From the NCBI RefSeq assembly GCF_006345805.1, contig NC_043002.1:57970001-58034000 (forward strand): DNA of 64,000 bases, read 5' to 3'. A model generated the notes under the pieces. That model saw only the letters and a program-made list of their open reading frames with translations. It was not told the DNA's origin and made no database searches. Every line of letters starts with the position of its first letter. Within the stretch, counting starts at the first letter, position 1. Positions 12,685-25,354 of this stretch are shown one piece after another. This DNA comes from Octopus sinensis. Its lineage: Eukaryota. A program made the translations under genes and the position numbers.

Positions 12685-15600
12685 TATATGTTGAAGGTGC
12701 AAACTGTCGCTTTGCACATCGGAGGCCCTACCAAAACCGCACGGACGCGAGACAGAGGTCCCTCCCTCAGGGAGAACAAAAACAAAAACAAAAAGTTTAA
12801 AGAAGGGAAAAAAGCGCACTGACCACTACTGAAAGACGGTATGCAGATGTGGTGCGCGGAAACCCAACAGGTGGCCAGCTTCACCCAATGTGAGAAAGGC
12901 GGCAGCTGAACAGCAGCAGTCTTTTTTGTGCATGGCACAAAAAATTGTTCAGCAGCTGACCTGGCTACAAGCACAAAGCTGGAACTACCACCACATAAGG
13001 CCACCTCCAACAGATGCAGGATGGCCACCACAGACACCAACACCAACACACACACCACAAAATATTTCTACTGAATGTAGGAGGGCTGCTGCGCGGAAAC
13101 TGTAAAAAGAAAATTTCATTCCTGAGAGACCTTGTGACATGCAATCAAGCTATATGCATGGCACTCACAGAAACGCATCTTGAACCCGATATAGGTGATG
13201 CAGAAATACACATGCCGCAATCAGTCATACGCACAGATAGAAAAGGGAGGAGCCATGGTGGAGTTGCAATGTACATCCGAGATGACCTCACGCCCAGGTC
13301 CTGCTGTCATATTCAAACTCAGTATGCGAAACTCAAATTGTAACATAAGACACTGAATATCGTCATATGCACTACATATCGCCCACCAGACGCCCCAAAA
13401 CACTCAGGCATGTTTGAAGACTGCCTAACAAAAATAGGAGAAGTCCTCACCAACCTTGAACAGCACAACAGTGTATTCTTCATGGGTGACTTTACCTCCC
13501 CAATGTGGAATGGCCTGGGGGCAGATGCTCCCAGGGATGACACACACCATCAGCAGGCACAGGTGGAGTCCCTGCTCCATCTCACAAATACCTCTTTCAT
13601 GGAGCAAATAGTTCTGCAACCAACAAGGGCAGATATATACTGGATCTCTGCTTTACAAACAATATGGATATTATCCATAATGTTAATGTGATGCCGACAA
13701 TGATCTCGGATCACAACATAATAGAGCTGTCTATGTATGGAACAAAAGCCCCCGCAGACACACAGCCTATACGAAGCACCCACCATCTCTCCAACTTAAA
13801 CTTTCATAAAGCCAACTGGAAGTCGATTGAGAAAGAGATCCTCGGACAGGATTGGCCTGAATGTCTCTCCACACCGGACATAAACATGAAACACAAACAA
13901 ACTTCATGTCCATAATACAAGCCATATGTGACAAATATGTCCCAATGTGCAGGGCCAGCACACACAAGAATAAAAACAGGATCCCTAGAGAAAGGAGGAT
14001 TCTTATGAGACGACGGACAAGGATTGCAAACCGCCTGAGCAAGCACACCAAAAGTGGTGAGAAGTCTCGGCTCGAAAGAATGCTAATGGAAACTGAGAAA
14101 AGTCTACATCAGTCCCATGAAAAGGAGAGAGCAGATAAGAAGCTTGGGTAATAGAAAATATAAAATCAAACCCTAAAGCTTTCTTTAAGTTTGCCAAAGA
14201 GACAGCCACAGTGCACCAGAGAATAGGACCTCTCTTCCAAAAAGATGGCTCTCTCACAGGAAATCCCACGAGGATAAGTGAAATACTGAACGAACAGTTC
14301 CAAAGTGTGTTCACTACACCTCTAGGACACAGGCAAGTAACAACCAGAAGAATTCTTGCCACTTTACCAGCGGCCAAAGAGACAAAAATTGAGTACATCA
14401 ACATCGAAGAAGATGATATCACACTAGCCATTGATGAGATTGACACAAACTCAGCTGCTGGACCTGATGAATTCCCAGCGATCCTTCTCAAATCGTGCAA
14501 ACGAGCCCTTGCAAAACCGCTACAAACCCTACAGCTTCTTTTTCAGAGCTTTCTTGCAAGTGGTAAGCTCCCAGTCAAACTGAAAGAGGGGGTAATATGC
14601 CCTATCCATAAGGGAGGTAGCAGAGCAGATGCTAAAAATTATAGGCCTATCTCTCTGACCTCACACATCAGCAAAGTCATGGAACGAATAGTCCGTAAGA
14701 AACTAATCATGTTCCTTGAAGAAAATGACTTACTGTCTGACACCCAGCATGGATTTCGACCAGGTAGAGGCTGCGCTAACACAGCTCCTGCAGCACTATG
14801 ACTGGGTGTGTGAAAACAGCTACTAAATGGCTCAAATGTGGATGTAATATATCTTGACTTTGCAAAAGCCTTTGATAAAGTCGACCATGGTATGATCTGT
14901 CATAAACTGCGTGGTCTCGGCATAGGCGGGAAACTTGGAGAGTGGCTGCACAACTTCCTAAAAGACAGAAAACAGGCAGTTGTGAGCAATGGAGCCACCT
15001 CCAGGGAAACGCAAATAACAAGCGGTGTCCCGCAGGGCACTGTCTTGGGGCCACTGATGTTCATAGTGGCCCTTTCAGACATGCCTTCAGTTGCTACGAT
15101 GACCACCCTTGCTAGCTATGCAGATGACACAAAGATCTCCCACGCAATACAGAACCCTGAAAATATTGCGCATCTGCAACATGAGCTGGACACAATATAC
15201 AGGTGGCTGAGGACAACAACATGCAGTTTAATGCAGGTAAGTTCCAGGCCCTGCGCTACTGGCACACAAAGGTAAATGACGTGAAGACTGGATACACTGG
15301 CCCAGGAAGAATTGCAATCCCTGAGTCAAAGTCAGTGCGTGACCTGGGCATTGACATGAGCAATGATGCATCTTTCCAAATGCATATTGCTAATCTGGTG
15401 ATAAAATGCAGACGGCTAGCTGGATGGATTCTCCGAACTTTCAGAACAAGAGAGAAGGAGACACTGATGGTCCTATGGAAAACATTTGTCCTCAGCCGCT
15501 TGGACTACTGCTCCCAACTTTGGTCACCACACAATATAAAACAAACAGCAGAACTCGAAGCAACTCAGAGAAGCTACACAAAGAAAATCGTCTCAATGCA

Positions 15601-16105
15601 AAATGTCAGCTACTGGGAAAGACTGAAGGTATTAAACCTCTTCTCCCTGGAGCGGAGGCGGGAGAGATATGCATAATAATACATCTGGAAAATCCTGGAG
15701 GGTCTTATCCCAAACTTTGGCATTCAAAGTTACTCCAACCGCAGAACGGGGCGCCGCTGCGTGGTGCCAAGGATTCCAACATCACCATCAAAATACAGGT
15801 CCAGATACTGCAACAGCTTGGGTTTCAGAGGACCACAGCTTTTCAACATCCTCCCTAAATGCCTGAGAGACTTACATGGTGTGGATGTGGGTTTCTTTAA
15901 AACTAAACTGGATCTCTTCTTGTTGGGAAGTCCCAGATGAACCTACCTCACGACAGGAGACGCGGATGCGGGCAGCAGCATCGAACTCCCTTGTTGATCA
16001 AGTGCCACGTATCAGAGGTGGATTCACAAACTAGTGTGGCTCATTCAGCGGTGGTGCCCCAGCATGGCCGCGGCCTTCGGGCTAAAACATTTTTAAGGAT
16101 TTAGG

Positions 16106-16107
<2 letters not shown>
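12685..16107 (+). mobile_element. CR1/L2-group LINE (ORF1 remnant + APE endonuclease + RT), frameshifted
   Basis: APE: LLNVGGL, ALTETHL, RTDRKGRSHGGVAMYI, YRPP, MGDF, SDHNII. RT: NYRPISLTSHISKVMERIV, QHGFRPG, YLDFAKAFDKVDH, SGVPQGTVLGP, YADDTKI. C-terminal YWERLKVLNLFSLERRRERY. 3' tail ttaaggat-ttaggat. Confidence 0.92.
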
Positions 16108-16158
<51 letters not shown>

Positions 16159-16484
16159 ATATATGTCCAAGATTTCTGCTGTAGCTCTTTGTAGCAATAT
16201 CAATTTCTTTTCTGCTCATCTTTTCCCTAACGGTTCTTAAAATTAATTTCCTTGTATTCGAAATATATATATTTTTGACATTTTTCTATTGAGGAGGGGA
16301 GATAATCCTATGATACTTTCTTGTTAACACATTTTCCGCATGTAGGAAACGCCATACTAAAAAATGTAAAAAGAGGAAAAGCATTTTAAAAATAATATAT
16401 AATAATGTGCAACGAAGCATTTTCCTCTTGCAAACGTTGGTAATGATCCAACGCATTCGGAACTGTTTCGATACGACCACTCAT

Positions 16485-16492
16485 TTATTATT

Positions 16493-16558
<66 letters not shown>
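16485..16558. repeat. (TTA)n(TAA)n array
   Basis: Direct reading; 5' flank of an R4/Dong fragment. Confidence 0.95.
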
Positions 16559-16559
<1 letters not shown>

Positions 16560-16940
16560 GAATAGGAAGCCAGACATAGTCTTAATCGAGAAAGAAACCA
16601 AACTATGCTGGATCATAGATATAGCATGCCCAGCTGACAAAAATGTATGCGATAAGGAAGAAAGAAAAGTCGAGAGATATGACAGGTTAGCTTTGGAAGG
16701 TATGCAATTATAGTTGATGAAAAAGGTAGTAGTAGTACCAATAATTGTCGGAGCCCTGGAAACAGTGAGCAAAAATCTCGAGAAGTACATGGGAAAATAG
16801 GGGCTGCAATAAGGGTGGAGCACTTGCAGAAAACAGCACTGCTTGGAACCGCTCGAATACGCCGGAAGGTGCTCGCAAAATAAGAGGTGTTACTTTAGTT
16901 CACTGTAGTACATCTGCAGCATTAGAAACTGTGCAAAGGC
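16559..16940 (+). mobile_element. R4/Dong-clade non-LTR element, 5'-truncated (restriction-like endonuclease + 3' UTR)
   Basis: NRKPDIVLIEKETKLCWIIDIACPADKNV..KEERKVERY..VPIIVGAL..LQKTALLGTARI; (TAA)n on both sides. Confidence 0.85.
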
Positions 16941-17008
<68 letters not shown>

Positions 17009-17009
<1 letters not shown>

Positions 17010-17852
17010 GAAGCTCAGGGCTAAAAGCAGAGAGTGAAGGTTTCATATTAGCTGCTCAAGACCCGGAACTACCAAGCCAATGTGATAAAAAGTGGAGCTG
17101 ACCCAAAATGCCGATTCTGTAACGATGACATTGAAACTACAGACGACCTAATCTCAGGGTGTAGTGTCTTAGCGCCTGTAGAATATAAAGCAGGGTATGA
17201 CAGAGTCGGCCAGTATTTACACTGGACAATATGTCGGCATTATAAAATCAAAACCGCTGACAAATAGTATAAACATCATCCTGAAGCTGTGACTGAGGGA
17301 GAAAATGTGTCGATTCTATGGGACTTCCCTGTACATACCGACAAAACTATAAAAGCTAATAAACCAGATATTGTTATAAAAATCAGACAAAAAAGGTGTG
17401 TTTATTAATTGACATGAGTATTCCTTGTGATCACAATATAGCGGTGAAAGAATTTGACAAGATCAGTAAATATAAAGACTTGCTAATTGAAATTGAAAAA
17501 ATGTGGCATTTGAATGCGACTACAGTACCAGTGATTATAGGATCTCTAGGAATGATAAAAAAAAAAGTACTGAAACCTATTTGAAAATTATACCATGCTT
17601 ACCATCCCTACAGGAAGTGAAAAATATCGTGATAACTGGAACGACTCATGTACTGAGAAGAGCATTATCGTTGTAAAAACAACATCCAATCAGGATTTTA
17701 TATATTTATTAATTTTTTAAAGACATACTTTACCTGTAAATTTGCGTGTGTAATCTGGGAACACATATAATGAGCTTCTCTGCCCCCCTAGGTATACAGA
17801 AAGCACTCGGCGAGAAACGGAAGAAAATTTGAAGGAAGAAGTAAAAAAAAAC
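17009..17852 (+). mobile_element. R4/Dong-clade non-LTR element, 5'-truncated (CCHC finger + RLE + 3' UTR)
   Basis: SSGLKAESEGFILAAQD, CRFCNDDIETTDDLISGC, ANKPDIV, LIDMSIPCD, KEFDKISKYKDL; preceded by (TAA)n 16941-17008 and ending in a TAA tail. Confidence 0.9.
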
Positions 17853-18105
17853 AATAATAATAATAATATGTTGGCTTCTAACTAGAAGTCAACGGTCCCG
17901 TTTTCTGGGATTTTGATTTTGAATATTTGAAGATTTTTTTTCCATTGAATATATTATGTATTATTAATATGGTGTTGATATATTTGTTTGTTTTATCCAT
18001 TAAATTTTTATCATTTCGTTCTATTCAGACGTATAAATAATTTATATTTATCTGCTTCAAAACTCCATTATCTATATTAATTATTATGTTTTCTTTGTCT
18101 TTCAG

Positions 18106-18909
18106 GGACTTCGTATATCGAAAAGGGAAGCCGAGGTAATCAAGAATTTGAACACTGAAAGTAATGGTCGAAGAGTGAAAAAAGTGGGTCAGAATGAGGG
18201 TTCATTGGCCCCGCAAGGCAAGGATTTGAGTAATTCTCGGGAACGTCTGTTGATGTATGCAAAGCGTATGTATGAAACTCGCAATAGTTTGGCTAATAAG
18301 GAACCGCATAAAAATGCCGAGAAACAGAAAAAAGACAAACCAGAACCTCTGCTAATCAGAAGCAAAAGACGTAATCTTGAGCAACCTGAATCTACCAATC
18401 ACCTTCTTGCTCGGGAGAAGCGTTTGAGCCCACGAGACCATTCTAAGAACTCGGGACACCACCACAATTCTCACAACAAAAACATGCAACACAAAATGAA
18501 AGGCAAAGGAAATTCTCATAACGATGATTTAAGGTTAGCAAAAGACCCCCTTTCGGATATTGAACAAAAACACTCTACTAAGCTCGCATCTTTCAAGAAA
18601 AATGGTGAAATGTCCCGCAGAGTGAACGGCAAAAAGAATGATCACAAAGGAAAACGAGAGGATAAAAGGCATCATAACAACGATCATCACAAGAAAATGA
18701 AGGCTTTTAAGAAAATAAACAAGAAGAAACATGATGAGCATAAGGCAGAGCATCATTTTAAAAATGGTCACTCTCACGGTAAGGCGAAGAATTCCAACAA
18801 ATGGAAGAACCATGACAAGTCTAATTTTCATAAGAAAAACAACAAGAAACATCTTTCCCATAAGAACCAGGATCTTACGATAGTTAAGAGGAAAGACATT
18901 AAATTCTAA
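18106..18909 (+). CDS. Probable terminal coding exon of a host gene; Lys/His/Asn-rich protein with KR/RxKR sites, family unrecognised
   Basis: Polypyrimidine tract and AG acceptor (ttttctttgtctttcag) ending at 18105. Stop-free phase-0 frame GLRISKREAEVIKNLNTESNG...VKRKDIKF*. No TE motifs. Candidate AATAAA at 19535. Confidence 0.65.
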   Translation, partial: GLRISKREAEVIKNLNTESNGRRVKKVGQNEGSLAPQGKDLSNSRERLLMYAKRMYETRNSLANKEPHKNAEKQKKDKPEPLLIRSKRRNLEQPESTNHLLAREKRLSPRDHSKNSGHHHNSHNKNMQHKMKGKGNSHNDDLRLAKDPLSDIEQKHSTKLASFKKNGEMSRRVNGKKNDHKGKREDKRHHNNDHHKKMKAFKKINKKKHDEHKAEHHFKNGHSHGKAKNSNKWKNHDKSNFHKKNNKKHLSHKNQDLTIVKRKDIKF

Positions 18910-19210
18910 AAAAAAAAAAAAAAATTATATCATGGTGTAGTAATCGGTTCCAAATTGTTTGGTCAGTATCTTACTTGTGTGAATTTCCACAGATAGCTAC
19001 TTTTTTTCAACGTCCATTTGTACTTATATATAAATATACATAAATATATTTCCTATTCGCTCACAGCTTGCCACCAACTGGTTCCTCCTATATTGATCCC
19101 CCGCACATTGTTGTACCTTGCAGTTTTTATGAAGAAATCTCGTTTCATATGAATACTCTGTTGTTTGATTTTCTACAATATGAAGATATTCGCAAATTCA
19201 TTTTACAAAG

Positions 19211-19241
<31 letters not shown>

Positions 19242-19693
19242 CAAATATATTAACCAAACGGGAACGGGAGTAAACGATAATTGTTTCTCTTTATCTTTTC
19301 CTTTACTTTTTTTCTGCTACTTTGATTAGTTTTTTCCACACTAAAAACGTGCTGCGCCCTGTGGTTGTCTGCATGTTTTTATTATTGTTTTTTTTTTTTG
19401 CAACGTGGTCAAGTCGTCTTTTTGTATGACTTAAAGCATCACGCGGTCATTTTTCTCATCACCTTCGCTCGCTTTTGTCTCTCCTGACAGTTCTCAAGTT
19501 AAAACGTCAATGAATTCCTTGCAAAGAATGAAAGAATAAATTTAGTCGGAAAACGTAATCATTAAGACTGAACGAAATATTCCTGCATGCATGTATACAC
19601 ATGTACACGCAAGCACACATAAACATACGTGAGCACACCTGCATACATACATACGTACATACATATATATATATATATATATACATGCATACA

Positions 19694-19840
19694 CATATAA
19701 TATATATATTCATATATATCATATTACCATATTACTGTGTATAAGTAATATATACATATAGGTACATATATAATATATATATATTCATATATATCATATT
19801 ACCATATTACTGTATATAAGTAATATATACATATAAGTAC

Positions 19841-19850
<10 letters not shown>
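19694..19850. repeat. ~75-bp tandem duplication within an AT-rich microsatellite
   Basis: ttcatatatatcatattaccatattactgt..ataagtaatatatacatata occurs at ~19709 and ~19784. Confidence 0.8.
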
Positions 19851-19932
<82 letters not shown>

Positions 19933-20344
19933 TGTGTGTGTGTTGTGTGTGTGTGTGTGTGTGTATGTATATATATATGCAGATGTACGACTATAAGAAC
20001 GTGAAAAAAGTTAATAAAGAATTTTATTATTGTTAAAATATAAACGAAATCCTTGTTTTTTTTATTAATAACGCTTCTAATTGACTCTTAAACAGTGCAA
20101 GCAATATTTGGTGTGATGTTAGTCAGAATTGTATCAATCAGTTGACACTCAAACCTTTGTAGTGGAAATTTGTGTATTAAAATTTTTGACGGGAATAAAG
20201 TCTGTTATCCCAATATTTGAAATTGTGTTGTTTTTAGAAAGAGCTACGTGTGCTATTTGTTTTTATTTTCTTATTCTGGATATCTGCGTGGTAAGTGATG
20301 AAAAATACTACTGCATATAGTATAGTGTATCTACTGCCTACTGA

Positions 20345-20560
20345 AGATGCGTGGCCTAATGGTTGGGGTTTTCCATTCACGACCGCGTGATCATAGTTTC
20401 GATCCTTCCACCAGGTGGTACCCTATCGTTTTGAGCAAAATTCTTCATTTCCCGCTGCTCTGCGATCATTTCGACATATAATGTATGACACACCGTCCAC
20501 CTATACAGGCAGCGTCGATTTGATGGACAGAGTCAACTGCTGCACAGTTCAAAATGTGAT
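20345..20560 (+). mobile_element. tRNA-derived SINE, degenerate
   Basis: gcgtggcctaatggtt (A-box like), gtttcgatcc (B-box like), ttgagcaaaa..ttcatttc CORE-like segment. Confidence 0.55.
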
Positions 20561-21361
20561 TACTATAAACAAATTATGTGAGGTTGTTCAGAAAAATCTT
20601 GCGGAACCTCCTCGGTCGTCCAGGATACGAAAATCCATAATGTACTGTTTATTTGTTTGTGTTGTATTTGTAAAAGAAAATCCATATTTGTTAGCTATGT
20701 TCGAGATTCCTGGTTCTTCAAACCATATCTAAGATTAATCTTAAAGGCAGGCACTGCCATCTATCTTTCGAGATGCTATCACTAAATGGTGAATATAAGA
20801 TTTATAGGCTTTCAGATTTTAGTCTGTATATACCTGTATTAAACGTAGTATCTATACAAATACTTGGCACGAATACGTTTCTGACATAAAAGAGTATCGT
20901 GATTCGCTTGGAACACTGGAATGTATCTAAATGATATAAATGTTTCAAAGAAGTCTTTGAGTAATGCAGATGAAAAGTTATGAAATAATATGTAAGGTGT
21001 GATGTTAGTAAAGGAAAACAAATGAAATATTATATTACCTTACATAGGTTGTTAAATGTTCCTATAAATATTTCGGGAAAGATTCTCTGTTTCAAACAAA
21101 AAAGAAAGAAAACAGTGAAAGAAATTGGAGAAAACAATGAAAGAAAATGGAAATTGGAAAAGTGTAGGTACCGAGAGACAAACACATCAGAATGTTCCGC
21201 CTGTAACAATACATTTCTCTGAACTATTTGATTATTTTCTTTCTTCTCTTTGAAAAGTAAACTATTAAACAACCTTTGTTATATAATATCTTTCTTTATA
21301 GGATTAAAATAACTAAGTGGGAAGACTAAGGTCTGCTTTGACGATAATTTTAAAGAACTGG

Positions 21362-21650
21362 AAAGGCGGTGAGCTAGCAGAAACTTTAGCACGCTTAGCG
21401 GTATTTCGTCTGCGTTACGTTGTGAGTTCAAATTAAGTACCAGTTACGCACTGGGGTCGATGTAACCGACTTAATACCTATGTCTGTCCTTTTTTCGTCA
21501 GTCTTTAGGTTCTGAGTTCAAATTCCGCCGAGATCGACTTTGCCGTTTATCTTTTCGGGGTCGATAAGTTAAGTACCAGTTGCGTACCGGGGTCGATCTA
21601 ATCGACTGGCCAACCCTCCCCCAAAATTTTGTGCCTAGAGTAGAAAAGAA
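21362..21650 (+). mobile_element. SINE family C (Meta-like central domain), rearranged
   Basis: aaggcggtgagctagcagaaac..gagttcaaattccgccgagatcgactttgcc..tttcggggtcgataag..agtaccag. Confidence 0.75.
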
Positions 21651-22628
21651 AAGTTTAAAGAATTGGAGAAATTTCGTTTGATAGAATCATACAAGTAGTT
21701 CTGATGAAGAGTAGAATGGCTAAATCACCGTCATATGGTCTATAGTAAATTTATCTGTTTTAATATGGGAGAGTAAATTGATCAAACGATTTGATTCTGC
21801 GTTTGCACTTAAATTTAGTCAAAATAAGGAAATAACGATCAGCCACTCGTCCTGTCAGATAGAGCAACCAAATTCCCTTAAATAATTCTACCGTCTTTAA
21901 AATGGAGGAACGTATCTAGTCTTAGATATACAAAAATCGGCTTGTATGAGGTTGAAACATCTTTGACCATAGACTGGTTCAATATGACCTGACCTTGGGC
22001 TAAACGACACCGTAACCACCTACATATCTTTCAGCTTAAATTTTCTCTGCCACTAATTATAACAATGGATATCCCATAATACGTTCAATTCATTAGAAGC
22101 ATTGTTTTTCACTGTTATATGTAATATCGTATACACGTTTGAAAAATTGTACTCTACTTTCTTTTCTTCAGATTTATTTCATTTAATTGATCAGTAAACT
22201 AAACTGGGTGAAAGTAGATATCTATTTACACATTCTTTCAGCACTACTGTGTTGTGTGGTTACACATATCTCTCTAGGGATCGAAACCCCGTCTCCTTTG
22301 TCGGAGTCTTGTCATAATCATTTGCCACCACTTATTCAGTTCAAAATTTACTTTATTAATTTTAAAGCATTTTGCCACGATCTGCTTATTGATTATCTTT
22401 AGCTGATATCGAGAATCGATCGCACAAGCTTTATCTCACCACTTTAACACTAGAAGAAGCGATTCCGCTCAATTAAAGGAATTCAAATCTCTTAGAATCT
22501 ATCCGTTTATTCATCAAATGAACGGTTTTAAATTAAATTTTATCTCTATTTTAATGAGAGCCGAACTAAAATTTAGCGATAAATGCACTTCGATTATTAT
22601 TTTTTGTATAGTATTACGTAAGTTATGA

Positions 22629-23004
22629 AAGGCAGCGAGCTGACAGAAACGTTAGCACACCGGGCGAAATGCTTAGCGGTATTTCGTCTGCTGCTACGTT
22701 CTGAGTTCAAATTCCGCCGAGGTCGACTTTGCCTTTCATCCTTTCGGGGTCGATTAAATAAGTACCAGTTACGCACTGGGGTCGATATAATCGACTTAAT
22801 CCGTTTGTCTGTCTTTGTTTGTCCTCTCTGTGTTTAGCCCTTGTGGGTAGTAAAGAAATAGGTATTTCGTCTGCCGTTACGTTCTGAGTTCAAATTCCGC
22901 CGAGGCCGACTTTACCTTTCATCCTTTCGTGGTCGATAAATTAAGTACCAGTTACGCACTGGGGTCGATGTAATCGACTTAATCCGTTTGTCTGTCCTTG
23001 TTTG
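22629..23004 (+). mobile_element. SINE family C with internal tandem duplication (22678-22860 repeated at 22861-23004)
   Basis: ggtatttcgtctg..gttctgagttcaaattccgccgagg..ctttcatcctttcg..agtaccagttacgcactggggtcgat..aatccgtttgtctgtc occurs twice. Confidence 0.85.
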
Positions 23005-23016
23005 CCATAGGTTATG

Positions 23017-23260
23017 AACGTGACCTTATGGTTAAGGTGTTATACTCACGATTGCAAGATTGTGGTTTCCATTCCCAAACCAGAAGTTAAGTTATGCTCT
23101 TGAGCAAGACACTCCACTTCACATTGATCTGGTCTACTCAGCTGTAAATAAATGACCCTGCTATGGACTGCTGTCCCGTTCAGGAGAGAATGTTGTGATC
23201 TCGGTCACTTGTACGCCGTGGAAGCTAGGTAACCAGCCCTCTGATTCCTTGGAATCGAGA
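23017..23260 (+). mobile_element. tRNA-derived SINE (CORE/V-like segments), old copy
   Basis: cttatggttaaggtgt..ctcacgat..ttgagcaagacact..actcagctgtaaat..ccctgctatggactg..tcccgttcagg. Confidence 0.55.
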
Positions 23261-23700
23261 TAGTATTTACTAATTGCGTTGATTACATAAAGCAAACGTA
23301 GAAATGAATAAAGGTAAGTGAGCCTTCAGTAGTTATTCAAGTCACACCTCGTTCTTTGGAAAAATGAATGTAATTACATCAATATCAAAAGAGACTCTTC
23401 AAACAGACGTTTTCGCATACTGATGACAAAAGAAGGAGAATGCGGACTTAGTAGAGGTCCATCTAAGATGTTCTCTGTCTAAATTATCCTAGGTTGGATC
23501 TCAATTTGGAAACATTATTTTTTAACGAACAATCCTATAAGAAAGCTACAGAATTTAACAGTAAAATCTCCCATATTTTACATGTCGTAGATGTGACATT
23601 ATTGAAGTTAGGCAGATGATAACGATAAATTCATAACAGTTACTATTACTTTGTGCGTTTACTGTTAAAACGGTTATCAAAAACATTGAATCTTTTAGTC

Positions 23701-23826
23701 TTTTACTTGTTGTACCACCTTGGGGCAGCACCTTGAAGAATTTTAGTCGATCAAATTGACTCCAGTTCTCATTTTTTAAAAGCTTAGTACTTATTCTGTC
23801 GGCCACTTTTGCCGAGCTGCTTAGAT
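23701..23826 (-). mobile_element. SINE family A, 3' part
   Basis: The reverse complement reads gcagctcggcaaaag..cgacagaataagtact..ggtgctgccccaagg..aacaagtaaaa. Confidence 0.55.
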
Positions 23827-25011
23827 ACAATGAAAGTATATTTGTTACTGGCGGATGAGGGAGCAAGCATATAAACATCCTTAGAATAGAAATAGCGTTC
23901 CTGAGTTCAAATTCAGTCTAAGAAAATGTAAATACACACACAAACATACACACAAATAGAGACAGAGAGAGAGAACTAGACGACTTCACGATGACAGTAG
24001 TCGAACTAGTTGATAATTTGACACATAAAAGATGAGGTTAGTAATAAGAAAACCTTACTTGTTTACTATGTGTATGTAGTGTTGTAAATAATTATTAAAT
24101 TTAACAGTTCAATAGTCATTACTATCATCTCAGCCATTAGTATTATCTCAGAAATTCAGACGTAATTAAAAACACACAGCTGATGAGGATAAACGATTCC
24201 TTTCAGTAATAACCAATGAACGTACACAATAAACAATTGACCGATAATCGATAAAGTCGATTTAAAATTTATAAAGCAAAGGTGAGATTTTGAAGTGTTT
24301 TCGTTTCAGAGATTAACTTGTCTGATTCTCTCTCAGAGGGCATTTGTGAAAGAAAACAATATTGGAACCTGATGCGTGTTACGAACAAACATATAGTTCG
24401 AACAAGCCAAAGTCTTTTAGGTTCTATGTTAGTAAACTTTAAACGTTTTAACATCGTAATTCGCTGGAACTGCTCTGAATTCCTGGGAGAAAGAGGACCT
24501 GAGTTCTTAAGGCAATGGCAGAATGGCTAAGCCGAATTCCAACAGGATCGGGTCAGAGAGAAATGAAAGTAAATTTCAAGAGGCTTAGATTACTGCTCTA
24601 GCTACAACAATTCTTGGGCGCCTTAACTATCCAGGTGGGTTACAATGCAGACAGTAGCACTGAATGTGGCAACAGATGGGTATCCAGGAGCCATGATCTG
24701 GAATGGCCTGATCAACTGAAAATGTACAGAGCCGAAAACACTTACATGAGGATGTGGAGTTTTCGTCTCTGAAGACCTGCTGTTCAACTTTCCCTAGATT
24801 TTCATACAACATATCGTTTATTATGGCGTAACAGAACTGAAAATAGTTTGACCGGAAATATGAATTAAGTCACAATTTCTGTTCTGCTAATGCTTACCTT
24901 TTACCTAACACACTTGCCAACAGTGTTATCAATTATGTGAGTGTGTAGTTAGGAAGTTCGGTCTGCAGCGACGGGTATCGAAGGAGTCCAAATGAGAAGC
25001 CCCTTTGGTAA

Positions 25012-25085
25012 AACACTTCTACTCTAACCCCGGGATTTGTGAGTGAATTTGGTAGACGGAAACTGTGTAAAAGCCTGTCGTGTAC
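25012..25085 (+). mobile_element. SINE family A, middle fragment
   Basis: ttgtgagtgaatttggtagacggaaactg..agcctgtcg. Confidence 0.55.
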
Positions 25086-25112
25086 ATACATATATACATA
25101 CAAACGTACGTG

Positions 25113-25177
<65 letters not shown>

Positions 25178-25214
25178 TTGTGTGTGTGTGTGTGTGTATG
25201 TGTGTGTGTGTGTT

Positions 25215-25330
25215 GTGTTAATTCGGTTCTGAATCCTGGCCGCAGTAATATCTGTCACTTCAGAATATAACCTGTTATTGCTTAATTGTTCTAGTGCCGG
25301 TCTATCATATATTTCACAAGAATGCGACCA
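25215..25330 (-). mobile_element. Inverted 5' piece of the adjacent Penelope-like element
   Basis: 25215-25233 is the exact reverse complement of 25511-25529; the - strand reads TDITAARIQNRINT, continuing the ORF upstream. Confidence 0.7.
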
Positions 25331-25354
25331 GGATTGAAGACCAAATTAACAAGA

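Noticed and set aside
24175-24235. CTGATGA-gga..tcc hammerhead-like start
   Set aside because: No properly placed GAAA, stem III or stem I partner
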